This document shows positions 22,074-33,990 of a DNA stretch of 45,281 nucleotides, in pieces. The stretch is from Octopus bimaculoides (Eukaryota): the NCBI RefSeq assembly GCF_001194135.2, contig NC_068994.1, positions 29,938,876 to 29,984,156 of the forward strand. Direction: 5' to 3'. The position numbers and the translations under genes were made by a program. The stretch's first letter is position 1; every line of letters begins with the position of its first letter. The notes beneath the pieces are model-generated. The model was given only the letters and a program-made list of their open reading frames with translations. It searched no databases and was not told the DNA's origin.

Positions 22074-22288
22074 AAGGTGGTGAGCTGGCAAGATCATTTG
22101 CATACCAAGTAAAATGCTTAGCAGCATTTTGTCCATCTTTACGTTGAATTCATATTCCGCCACGGTTGACTTTGTCTTTCATCTTTTCGGGAGTTGATAA
22201 AAATAAGTACCAGTCAAGGAATGCAGTCGGTTTAATCGACTTAGCCCCCTCCATCAAAATTAATGGTCTTGTGCCAAAACTTGGAATC
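22074..22288 (+). mobile_element. SINE family B
   Basis: AAGGTGGTGAGCTGGCA head; GTCTTGTGCCAAAACTTGGAATC end. Confidence 0.85.
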
Positions 22289-22885
22289 AATATTTGTCTC
22301 ACTCATTCATTGTTGTTGTTGTCCTCCATTGTACTGTCCACTACTTCAGTGATGTTTCCCCATCAGTGGCACACCCAGAAAAGTAGTTCTCCAGACTTTA
22401 ATAAGGTGAGATTATATTGATTCTGCTCCAACCCAGGTATTATTCCATGTCATCTCACTTCATTCTGCCAATATATATATATATACATATACACAAATAC
22501 ATACATACATATATATATATAATTTACTTATGGAATTTATTTATCAATACGGTTGTACATTGGGTAAATGTGTTTGAAAGTTGTGGTTTCTTTGGTTTGT
22601 TTGTTCCCAAACAACACTTATTTTAGTGCTGTTGGCACCGCCGGATTGAATGGTACTGCCCAGATGTCGAAACCATAATGATATCTGTGAGGTAGTTGAT
22701 GATGGAGGCATGTTGGAATGTTGGTATGGCTGTGGAATAGTATTATAGTACATCCTTTTGATATATATGTACACACACACACACAGATATAGGCAAATCC
22801 AAGAACAAAAAAAAGTCAACTGGATATACACTGAATATATTAGACTGATGCTCAGCGAAAGTTTTAGATGGAAACAGGAGTGGAA

Positions 22886-22916
22886 ATGATATTTTGAGCA
22901 TGGCTCTTCATCAGAG
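22886..22916 (-). ncRNA. Decayed hammerhead-ribozyme-like motif (Penelope-type)
   Basis: Minus strand reads CTGATGAA-GAGC-CAT-GCTC-AAAATATC. CTGATGA and stem II are intact; the GAAA element reads AAAA. No convincing stem I. Confidence 0.3.
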
Positions 22917-23000
22917 AGACAGAAAAGTCTAGATTAGAGGAAAAGAAGTAAAGGGTAGATAGTTAGGAGAAAAGCACGTGATATGTATGCATGTATACGC

Positions 23001-23162
23001 ATATTAATCAAAGTATACAGTATTAGATCCATCACAGCAAACCTTATCAATCGGTTTTACACTAGATATTAAATAGCCACCCTTTTAGCTAATACCTAGT
23101 GCAAACCCAGTTGGTAAGATCTACTCAAATGGATCTGTAATACTGTATACCTTGATTAATAT
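23001..23162. mobile_element. MITE-like foldback element with about 65-bp imperfect arms
   Basis: ATATTAATCAAAGTATACAGTATTA..ACACTAG pairs with CTAGTGCA..TAATACTGTATACCTTGATTAATAT. A solo left arm lies at 21822-21887. Confidence 0.65.
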
Positions 23163-23246
23163 ACCCACTCTATTGGCAAATATACAAGTGCCTATTTTTT
23201 CTGAATCATCAATTCTTAGAAGACTATGTGTATATATATGTGTATG

Positions 23247-24534
23247 TCATCATCATCGTTGTTTAATGTCCGCTTTCCATGCTGGCATGGGTTGGACGGT
23301 TTGACTGAGGACTGGTGAGCCAGAAGGCTGCAACAGGCTCAATCTGATCTGGCAAAGTTTCTACAGCTGGATGCCCTTCCTAATGCCAACCACTCCAAGA
23401 ATGTAGTGGGTGCTTTTACACAAGGGCCAGTCAGGTGGTTCTGGCAACAACTATGCTCAAAGGCAACGATCACGCTCAGATGTACTTTTAATGCTCTACA
23501 GGCACGAGTGCTAATCAGGTGATACTGTCATCGGCCACGTCAGCGATTTTGATTTGATTTGATTTGATTTTACTTGCCTCAATAGGTCTTCGCAAGCAAA
23601 GTTTATTGTCCAATGAATGAGGGGTATTCATAGGTGGGCTGGTTACACCACTGGCATAGGCCACAGGCTATGGTCTCAGTTGGCTTGTCAGGTCTTCTCA
23701 AGCACAGCATATCTCCAAAGGTCTCGATCACTAGTCATTGCCTCAGCAAGGCCCAATGTTCAAAGGTCGTGCTTCACCACGTCATCCTAAGTCTTCCTGG
23801 GTCTACCTCTTCCACAGGTTCCCTCAACTGCTAGGGTGTGACACTTTTTCACACAGCTATCCTCATTCATTTGCAACACATGACCATAACAGCGCAGTCG
23901 TCTCTATTGCACATCACATCTGATGCTTCTTAAATCCAACTTTTCTCTCCGGGCACTTACACTCTGTCGTGTATGCACACTGACATTACACATCCAGAAT
24001 AGCATACTGGCTTCATTCCTTGCAAGGTTACACATGTCTTCAGCAGTCACGGCCCATGTTTTATTGCCATGTAGCATAGCTGTTCGTACACATGCGTCAT
24101 ATGGTCTACCTTTTACTCTGAGCGAGAGGCCCTTTGTCACCAGTAGAGGTAGGAGCTCTCTGAACTTTGCCCAGGCTATTCCTATTCTAGCAGCTACACT
24201 TTCAGAGCATCCACCCCCGCAACTGACTTGGTCCCCTAGGTAACAGAAGCTATCAACTACTTGTAGCTTTTCTCCTTGGAATGTGACAGAAGCTGTTCTC
24301 ATTTTCAGTGTTCATAGTGCCTGAGCATTTGCCACATACAAAAACTATCTTCCCAGTTAGCCTTCTCTTGATATTGCTGCACCTCTTATGTGTCCATAGC
24401 TTACACTGGGTACATCTTATGGAGTTTCTACCTACACCTTTTCTACAGATCAAGGAGGGCCATCTACCTGAAGGGATTTGTTGTTTGTCTACCTTCCTAC
24501 TTATTAAGACTTTGGTTTTAGCTAAGTTGACTCC

Positions 24535-24535
<1 letters not shown>
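23247..24535 (-). mobile_element. 5'-truncated RTE-clade LINE (ORF2 C-terminus, 3' UTR, (GAT)n tail), pseudogenised
   Basis: VNLAKTKVL, C/H-rich insert, VDSFCYLGDQ, RIGIAWAKFREL, YDACVRTAMLHG..TW, Q*RRLRCYGHV, GRGRPRKT*DDVV, DRDLWRYAV. One frameshift near 24290 and several stops; CATCATCATC tail at 23247. Confidence 0.9.
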
Positions 24536-24583
<48 letters not shown>

Positions 24584-24634
24584 ACTTCTTTCAGTTTCCA
24601 TCCACCAAATCCATTTACAAGGCTTTGGTTAACC

Positions 24635-24701
<67 letters not shown>

Positions 24702-24813
24702 TACATACATGTGTATATATAAATATATATATACACACATACATGTGTATATATATATATAAATATATATGTACACATACATACATGTGTATATATACAT
24801 ATATATAAATATA

Positions 24814-24847
<34 letters not shown>

Positions 24848-24850
<3 letters not shown>

Positions 24851-25005
24851 TCATTATTTAACGTCCGCCTTCCATGCTGGCATGGGTGGGACAGTTTAAC
24901 AGGAGCCAACTAGGCAGAAGCCTGCACCAGACTTCTGTGACTGTTTTGGCAGGATTTTTACAGCTGGATGCCCTTCTTAACACCAACCACCCAGCAGAGT
25001 GGACT
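24848..25005 (-). mobile_element. RTE LINE 3' UTR fragment
   Basis: TTTAACGTCCGCCTTCCATGCTGGCATGGG..CAGCTGGATGCCCTTC matches 23255-23400. Confidence 0.8.
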
Positions 25006-25452
25006 AATATATATATTCATACATACATACATATAGACATTCAAATATGTGCCATGGCCACCCTTAGTTATTTCTCTTTACTCATTCTTGTTTAGATTGT
25101 GCAAATTATTCAGTCCATATATATGTTCTACTCTTTTTGTATATATCTAAGTTTGTTGCTTAGTTGTACAACTGTTGTGCTGATATGCCTATTGAACCAG
25201 AAACACATGTCCACAATTGTTTTCTTATCTCCAGACAATAATGAACCTGTCCTTTTTCTTAATGGCATGTCAACTTTGGGGAATGCTTGAATATTGAGAT
25301 TATCTCCCCTCGTCATATGGACCTGGTGGTCTCTGTTGCCATTTGGTAATTATGACACATCCTCTAGAAGCAGAGACAATTGAAATAAATCTAAAATTGA
25401 GTTTGTATGGGATTTGATATACTTGCTTTTGTCTATCTGCCCATATCTTTTA

Positions 25453-25843
25453 TCATTTACTCGTTTCACTCATTAGGCTGCAGCCATGCTGGTGCACCAC
25501 CTTGGGGGATTTTAGTTGAACTAATGGACCACAGTACTTATTTTCTTTTTAAGTATGATATTTATTCTATAGGTATCTTTTGCTGAGCTGCTAAGTTACT
25601 GGGATGTAAACACGCCAACATCAGTCCTCAAGCAGTAGTGGGGAACAAGCACAGTCACAAAGACACACACACACATGCAATGGGCTTCTTCCAGTTTTTG
25701 TCTACCAAATCCACTCACAAGGCTTTGGTTGGCCCAAGGCTATAGTAGAAGACACTTGCACAAGGTGACATGCAGTGGAATTAAACTTGGAATCATGTGG
25801 TTGTGAAGCAAACTTCTTACCACACAACCATGCCTGCACCTAT
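25453..25843 (-). mobile_element. SINE family A, full length, CpG-decayed
   Basis: Colinear reverse complement of 855-1250. Confidence 0.85.
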
Positions 25844-25845
25844 AA

Positions 25846-25899
<54 letters not shown>

Positions 25900-26855
25900 A
25901 CACACATACAATACATACATCCATATAACACATACATCCATATAATTCTTATCATCATTGCTCCCATTGCTTTGCTTTCTTTTTTATCTATATCTTTTTA
26001 CTATGCTGGCATAGATAAAGCTGATCTGTTTCAACACAGTGTCTCACCATTTGTCAAGGCCCCTCATTATCTAATACACTGACCATACTATATTGCCACT
26101 TGCTATAGCAATAAGCTTTGAGCTGGTTCACAGATCAGAGGGGAAAAGAAGATTTTTTTGTTGTCACACAAGTCATATAGGCTTCGCTTAAGTCCTAAGT
26201 CATATAGCTGTGGCATAGTTTTAATGGCTTGCTGCCCTACCTATCACCAACTACTTTATAGCATGGATTGGTTGTATTTCATAACTTAGGTATGTATGTA
26301 TACACACAACGGTACAGACACATATAGCAGGCATCTGCCACCATATATATGTATGTGTATCTTTATATATATCTAATATATAGATACAATTAAACCTTGG
26401 GAGAGGTTTAATTGTATTTCTTTCAACACACGTATCCACATCAAGAATCTTGCACACGAAATACACATACGAAATAATATATAGATGTCATGAAATTATA
26501 AACTTTGAGAGAATAAGGGATATTTCTTTTTCCTTTTTTTCTTTTAATGGTCCGTGAAGTACAAATAAAGCTATGAATATATTGGGTGCATACACATAGA
26601 TACATATATACAACAACATAAAGCATATACCATATACAGAACAGATCTGTGATCTTGGCAATCCTGGTGCTCTTTATCTACTCACTTTTCTCTCTCTCTG
26701 TATATATATGTGTGTGTATGTGTCACTTTCTTTCTGTGTATCTTTCCTTCTCTCTACTACATACAGACATACTTTCATTCAAAACTAAACAGATTATTCA
26801 CTCATATGCATACATATACATATGCAAACATATATATATGTGTGTGTGTGTACAT

Positions 26856-26920
<65 letters not shown>

Positions 26921-27014
26921 GCGAACATAAAATCTCTTACTCTCTTGCACGCACATTCATGTTTCTATTTGCATGAGTGTGTGTATATACACATACCAAC
27001 AGAGGGCAAAATGG

Positions 27015-27263
27015 CTTGTGATATTTGGTGCATCTCTTTATGGTCATAGTTTAAATCTTACCAAAGTCAGCTTCATTGTTCATCTTTCTGGGATCAATAG
27101 AATAATTACTTGTCAAGTTCTGGGCTAGTGGAGTGATTAATAAATTCTAGTCAAGTAATGCTGGGGGGGTCAATAATTACTCACTTAATGAGGGTGAGAG
27201 AACATAATCAAGTATTTCCTTTAAACAAACATTTTATGGTTTTGTGCCTATGTTAGAAATTAT
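27015..27263 (+). repeat. About 250-bp direct repeat, copy 1 (copy 2 at 28090-28336)
   Basis: Long identical blocks, e.g. TCAAGTATTTCCTTTAAACAAACATTTTATGGTTTTGTGCCTATGTTAGAAATTAT. Confidence 0.9.
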
Positions 27264-27442
27264 ATATGTTTGTATATCTATATACACATGCACACACGGA
27301 TATACATCTATATACACATACATCTATTTATGTTTGTATGTACATGTGTCTGTATATATTTGTAACATACCCATTTGTCTGTGAATTCATTGTTCCTAAC
27401 TCCGCCTCCTAAATTTTAACAGCCGGTCCGCTATGGCCTAAA

Positions 27443-27550
27443 TTCTAATAAAACCCTGATAAAATATACTCATTCTAATAAAATGATAAAATTTAACCAT
27501 TTCTAATAAAACTTATCCATTCTAATAAAATTTAACCATTTCTAATATAA
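27443..27550. repeat. TTCTAATAAA minisatellite
   Basis: Four perfect units and one variant. Confidence 0.8.
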
Positions 27551-27655
27551 ATGGCTTATAAAAACTGTTTAAAGAATTTATTAACATCATTCAGTATAGA
27601 TAGTTTTATAAATCTATTTTGTCTTCATTTTCTCTAACTGCTTTTAAGATAAGGG

Positions 27656-28865
27656 AAAGTGACAAGCTGTCAAAATCGTTACCACTTTGGACAAAATGCT
27701 TAGCAGCATTTCTTCTGGCATTTTATGTTCTGAGTTCAAATACTTCCAAGACTGATATTGCTTTTCATCCATTCAGGGTTCATAAAATAAAGTAACAGTC
27801 AAACACTGTGGTTGATGTAATCAACTTACCCCCTCCTTTTACCTAAAATTGTTGGCCTTGCACCAAAACTTGAAATCATTAAGAGAAGGGGATAGCTAAT
27901 TATATCAATCTTTATTCTTGATTCATATTTCATTTTATCCTTTTGTGGGTTGATAAAATATGGTACAAATCAAGGACTGGGGTTGATGTAATCAGCTAAC
28001 CACTTTTCCTCAAAATAGCTATCGTTGAGCTTAAATTAGAAATAATTATATTTACTATTATAATGTGGATTGGTAGAACCAGTAGAAGACTTGTGATATT
28101 TGGTGCATCTTTTTATGTTCTTTGTCCAAATCTTACCAAAGTCAGCTTCATTGTTCATCTTTCTGGGATCAATAAAATAATTACTTATCAAATTTTGGGC
28201 TGGTGAAATGGTTAATAAGTTCTAGTCAAGTGATGCTGGGGGTCAATAATTACTCACTTAATGAGGGTGAGAGAATATAATCAAGTATTTCCTTTAAACA
28301 AACATTTTATGGTTTTGTGCCTATGTTAGAAATTATTATTATCATTATCATTATTATTACTATTATTATTAAGGTGGTGAGCTGGCAGAACCGTTAGCAC
28401 ACTGGGCAAAATACTTAGTGGTATTTCATCTGTCTTTTCGTTCTGAGTTCAAATGCTTTTCATCCTTTCAGGATCAATAAATTAAGTACCACTTACGTAC
28501 TGGGTTTGATGTAATCGACTTAATTCCTTCCCCCAAATTTAAGGCCTTGTGCTTCCAGTAGAAAAGATTATTATTATGATAAAGACAGTGAATTGGTAGA
28601 ATCATTAGCATGCTGGACAAAATGCATAACAGCATTTTGTCTGTCTTTACATTCTGAATTTAAATTCTGCTGAGGTCCACTTTGCTTTTCAGGGTTGATA
28701 AAATAAGTTGATGTTATCAACTCATCCTCTTCCACAAAATTGCTGCCCTTATGACAAAATTTGAAACTATTATCATCATTATTACTATTCATTTAACTGA
28801 TTTATCTATGTATATGTCATATCTCGGCTCCATCCCACAACTTAGAGATGCCACACTTTCCTGAA

Positions 28866-28904
<39 letters not shown>

Positions 28905-30956
28905 CATTATTATTATTATTATTATTATTATTCTTATTATTATTATTATTAAGGTTGTGAGCTGGCAGAATTGTTAGCACACCAGGAAAAATACTTAGCA
29001 GAATTTTGTCCATCCTTACATTCTGAGTTCAAATTCCGCTGAGGTTGACTTTGCTTTTCATCCTTTTGGGGTCGATAAATTAAGTACCAGTTGAGTACTG
29101 GGGTCGATGTAATCAACTATCCCCCTCCCCCAAATTTCAGGCCTTGTGCCTACAGTAGAAAGGATTATTATTATTCCTATAACTGATTTACCTATATTTA
29201 TGTCATGTCTCAGCTCCATCCTACAGCTTAGAAACACAACACTTTCCTCAATATTATTATTATTAAAGTGATGAGCTGGCAAAATTATTAGTATGCCAAA
29301 CAAAATGCTAAGTGGTATTTCATCTGAATTCAAATTCCACTGTGATTGACTTTGCCTTCCATCCTTTTGGGGTTTGATGAAGTAAACTAATAGTTTAGCA
29401 CCAGGGTTGATGTAAACAACTAACCCCTCCCACAAAGTTTCAGGCCTTGTGTCTATAGAAGAAAGGATTATTATTATTATTAAGATCAAAAGTTAGCAGA
29501 ATCATTAGCACACTGAACAAAATGTTTAGTAGCATTTCTTCTGTCTTCATGTTCTAAGATCAAATACCACCGAGATCAACTTTGCCTTTCATCCTTTCAA
29601 GATCAATGAAATAAGTACCAGTCAAGTACTGGCATTGATGTAATTGATTATCCTCCTCCTCCAAAATTTCAGCTCTTGTGCCTATAGTAGAAAAGATTAT
29701 TATTGTTGCTGTTGTTCTTATATAAAAGGGTGACAGATTAGTTAAATTTGTATAAAAGATAGTACTAAATATCTCCAAATATTTAGTTATGACTCTACAT
29801 GCTAAGCTCAAATTCCACTGGATTCTGCTTTGCTTTTCATCCTCTCAGAGTTGATAAAATAAAGTACTTGTGACGTACAGGGGATGATTTCATCATCTTA
29901 CCCTACCCACAAATTTATGGCTATATGTCTCCATAAGAAATTACATGTAGTGAATTGGCAGAATCAGTGCATCAAACATTTTGTCTGATGCCTTGAAATA
30001 TTTCACTTCCATCTCTTTACATTCTTAGTTCAAATTCACATAGATGTCAACTTTGCCTTTCATCCTTCTGAGATCAACAAAAGAAGTACCAAACAAGTAC
30101 AAGGATTAACTGAATTGAGTAACCCTTTCCTCCAAATTTCAGGTCTTGTGCCTAATTTGAAACAATTACTGTTATTATTATTGTTATTATTATGAATAAC
30201 AGCAATAAGCTGGTAACAAAATGTTTAGTAGCATTTCTTCCAGCTCTTTACTTCTGAGTTCAAATGCACCAAGATCAACTTTGCCTTTCATTTTTACAGG
30301 GTTGATCAAATAAGTACCAGTTGAACACTGGAGTTGATATAATTCACTTGCTCCTTTCCCTAAAATTGCTGGCCTTGTGCCAAAATTTGAAACGATTATG
30401 ATTGGCAGCAATTACAGAATTTCATCATTACATTATAAAGTCTCTCATCCATCTGCATTCTTAGTTGAAATCATTTTCTCCCTGGGATTAATAAAATAAT
30501 CAGGAGTAGTTAATTTTAATATCAACTCCATTGATTAGACTCATTTCATAACATATGTCAGAATATTTATATAGAATTTAACTATAAGAACAAAGGCATT
30601 AGAGCAGCAGACAAAGTGCCTTGCAATATTTGTTCCAACTCTTTATCTTCTGTGTTCAAATCCCACTGAGGTCAATTTTGCCTTTCATCCTTTCAAGGTT
30701 GATAAAATAAAGTACCAGTCAAGTACTGGGTTCAGCAGTATCCATTAACCTGCTACCCTCAAAATTGCTGGCCACATGACTATATTTTAAAAATTGTTAG
30801 TATGTCAGACAATGCCACTTTACATTCTGAGTTCAAATTTGCCTTTCATCCTTTTGTGGTTGACAAAGTACTTGTCAAGCATTGGAGTCAATGTAATCAA
30901 CTAACCCTCACTTGCTCACAAAATCTCAGGCCTTGCGCCTTCAGTAGAAAGAATTA
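27656..30956 (+). mobile_element. Head-to-tail array of about 13 SINE family B copies joined by (ATT)n
   Basis: Copies start at about 27657, 27935, 28090, 28371, 28582, 28951, 29266, 29482, 29728, 29948, 30200, 30590 and 30795; all + strand. Confidence 0.85.
28867..28950. repeat. (ATT)n microsatellite, about 28 units
   Basis: Seen directly; abuts the next SINE head. Confidence 0.95.
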
Positions 30957-31997
30957 TAACACACCCCAACAGGCTATATAGATATTTTGTCTGTCTTATT
31001 GCTGTTATTTACATTTTATTCATTCACTTCTGACAGAAATGAAGTTGCAATATACAAAAGGCTACACACACAGAATCAACTGTGTTTGACTGGCTGAGGC
31101 ATAGCTATTCTTTTTCTTTCACCCTTTAGTTTGGAGAGAAAGCAGTGCCCCTGATCCTTTACAGGGTCTCCAAGACTTGTAGGAGTGGGGAGGAAGATAT
31201 CCCCAAACCAGAGACCTGGCCCCAATGTGTCATGTGGTAGTGTTAAACTGTGAAACAAATTGAGTTTGTCACTCAAAGGATGAGAGGAAGGAGAAAGACA
31301 GCAAAAGAATTTTAAACTTACAGTATTGGCATTTTTCTTTCACCCAAATTTATGGAATTTTATTAAGAAAATATTCTAATTTCTAATAATGATTTCTTAT
31401 ATTGGCACAAAACCATTTTCATTTTTAATAATAGCAAACTTTAAAAAGTTCATACAAATAACCATCGCTAACACCTGAATTTAAAATATTTTTCTGTCAA
31501 TAAGTCCTTTAACATGTTAGAAATACCAGCCAAATGTTTCTTATATCGTACAAAGATATGGACATATTGGCTAGTGCATCCTATCATATGGTCATGACTG
31601 GAATGACTTTCATATTAGGCTTGCTCTTTCGATGGTGTCCAAGATCTAAACAACAATATTGAATCATTTTTGTCTCAAGTGCCAAAATGTTTTTAAATCA
31701 CCAGAATTAATGACTTGTTCATGTGAAGTAAACATGACTTTCAGATGGATTAGTGAAAACCAGAGAGTCACTACACAGAGATATGTATGTGTGTGTGCGT
31801 GTGTATATATATATATGTGTGTGTGTGTGTATGCTTGTTTTTATGCCTAGTTGAAGAAAAACACCTTAACATTAATTGAAGGATCACTAAATACCTTTGA
31901 ATATCACATATATTTTAATTTTACAAAGGCACCTAAAGCCAAAACTTTGAAGTCACTCTCAATCTTTTACTTGTGAAAAATATATACATACACACAT

Positions 31998-32043
<46 letters not shown>

Positions 32044-32624
32044 AGAATAAGCAGCATATTGGATTGTCTTTGATTTTCTTGAAAATTCTTTAATACTGAA
32101 TACATAAGTGATTATCTGAAAAAATAACTTTTAATACTATTAAAGCTAGGTACAGACACTATTGGAGGAGGGTTATAATAACTGTGTGTTATTGCAAAAC
32201 TTAAATGATTGTCATTGACTTTGTATATTAGAATTACAATATATATATATACCACTTAACAGCTTTCCCTCTTTAAGTTAGCAGAAATCAGCAGCATGTG
32301 TCTGAAGCCAATCTATAGGCGTATGCTGAATTTAATAGGTTGCTTCAGTCTTTTAACCCTTGTGTTATGGGTCTTGACCAATCATGGTGAGGACTAAAAT
32401 TGAACCGAGTACTTAGCTAGCAACAACTCTTTCATTATCCATTTATCATTTGTTTGGAAAGGAAATAAACCTTTGGAATTCATTTGTATTCAATTACTAA
32501 CATTAAAACATATGGCTACAAGTTTCAACATATTCTCCTTGACTTGTTAATTGAATCAACCTCTATAAATAACTGGTTCTTATTGACTTTTATGACATTT
32601 CTGTTTACAATATACTGTAAGTCC

Positions 32625-32833
32625 TGAAACTCAAAGAGCCAGTTTCCCAGGTTCCATGGGGCATAAGTGACTAAGATCAGAGGGCTACTCATTTACAACT
32701 GAGTGGACTGGAGCAACTTGAAATGAAGTGTTTTACTCAAGAAACACAATATACCACTGAGTCCAGAAATTGAAAAAAATGATCTTGTGATAGTGAAAGT
32801 AACACATTCTAACCATGTGGCCATGTGCTTTCA
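32625..32833 (-). mobile_element. tRNA-head SINE, family D
   Basis: GAGTGGACTGGAGCAACTTGAAATGAAGTG core; colinear with 19560-19757. Confidence 0.7.
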
Positions 32834-33524
32834 CTTAAAATACTCAGAGATGAAATTAAATAATATACAATGGTCAGTGAAGGACTTTATTATTTCTGTA
32901 CTCCGTTCAAACTGAATCCACTTTGGTACTCTATCAGTAGAATTTGGGAATACAAAACCCTGGTATTTCTGCTTCTTACCATTGCTAAACTGCATGGCCA
33001 AATTTGAACTCTTCACTGCAAGTAAACAAAGCAATTATGAATTATCACCTAATTAGCAGTAATAGCAGTATGTTGGTGTAAATGCTTCAGCTTATAGTAT
33101 TAACCCATTAGCATTCAGATTACTTTATTTATTCATATTGTTTTGAATTAATTATACATTATCATGTAGCTTTGATATTTTGATAATGTATTTGTTTACT
33201 TTCAAAATGACGTTGAAGGGTAGTTGTGAGAGGCCTGATCTGATCAGTTTCAACATAAAACAGATAGAATATTTGCACCTGATATGGCTGGTTTGAATGC
33301 TAAAAGGTTAATCTTGTTCATCTGGGATCAAATTCTGTTAGAATTCACTTTTGCCCTTTGCCCCTTCTTGGCCAATAACATAGGTAGCAGTGATTTATTA
33401 AACATCAGACATATTGCCTTACTGTATTCAGTCTAGCTCTCTACACTTTCAGGTTCATATACCACTGAGATCAAGTTTGCATTTCAAAGGGAATAAGTTG
33501 AGTACCAATATTGTAGGGGCCAGT

Positions 33525-33578
<54 letters not shown>

Positions 33579-33990
33579 GCTAGCTAGCTATTTTGTGTCT
33601 TCTCTTCATAGAAAATCGAGTGTGGTCAAACCTAGAGAAGAATGGGCTCTGCCAGGTTTTTTAAAAAAAAGAGCTAAAACATGCCATGTCATAACAGTCC
33701 AGCTACACCGCCATTAGGAGTTGAGGCATCAATACTAGACAAAGTGAGACTCCTCTTTAATAAAATATTACCTTGCCATGGGTCCAAAACAAGATAGTTC
33801 TAAAAAGCAGTAAACTGCACCTACTCATGATACCGATTTGCATCAAGTTGGAGTGAACCAGTGATAGTTTTAATTATTTTGGTTCTGAATGATCCCCACT
33901 TTGGTCATAAATACAACACTATATCTGTTCAACACAGTCTGTTGCACCTCTATAAGGTGTAGTTGTTTGAAATTGATAAATGTTCAGCAC

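Noticed and set aside
25099-25400. Possible exon in unique sequence
   Set aside because: The frames I tested from the plausible acceptors on both strands hit stops, and no protein was recognisable.
28789-30411. Similar minus-strand ORFs (..STGTYxIxP..MKGKVDLG..)
   Set aside because: Antisense translations of family B SINE copies, which explains their mutual similarity.
27656-30956. CRISPR-like repeat-spacer appearance
   Set aside because: Repeats are ~200-bp diverged SINEs with Pol III boxes and tails, spacing is irregular, there are no cas genes, and the context is eukaryotic.
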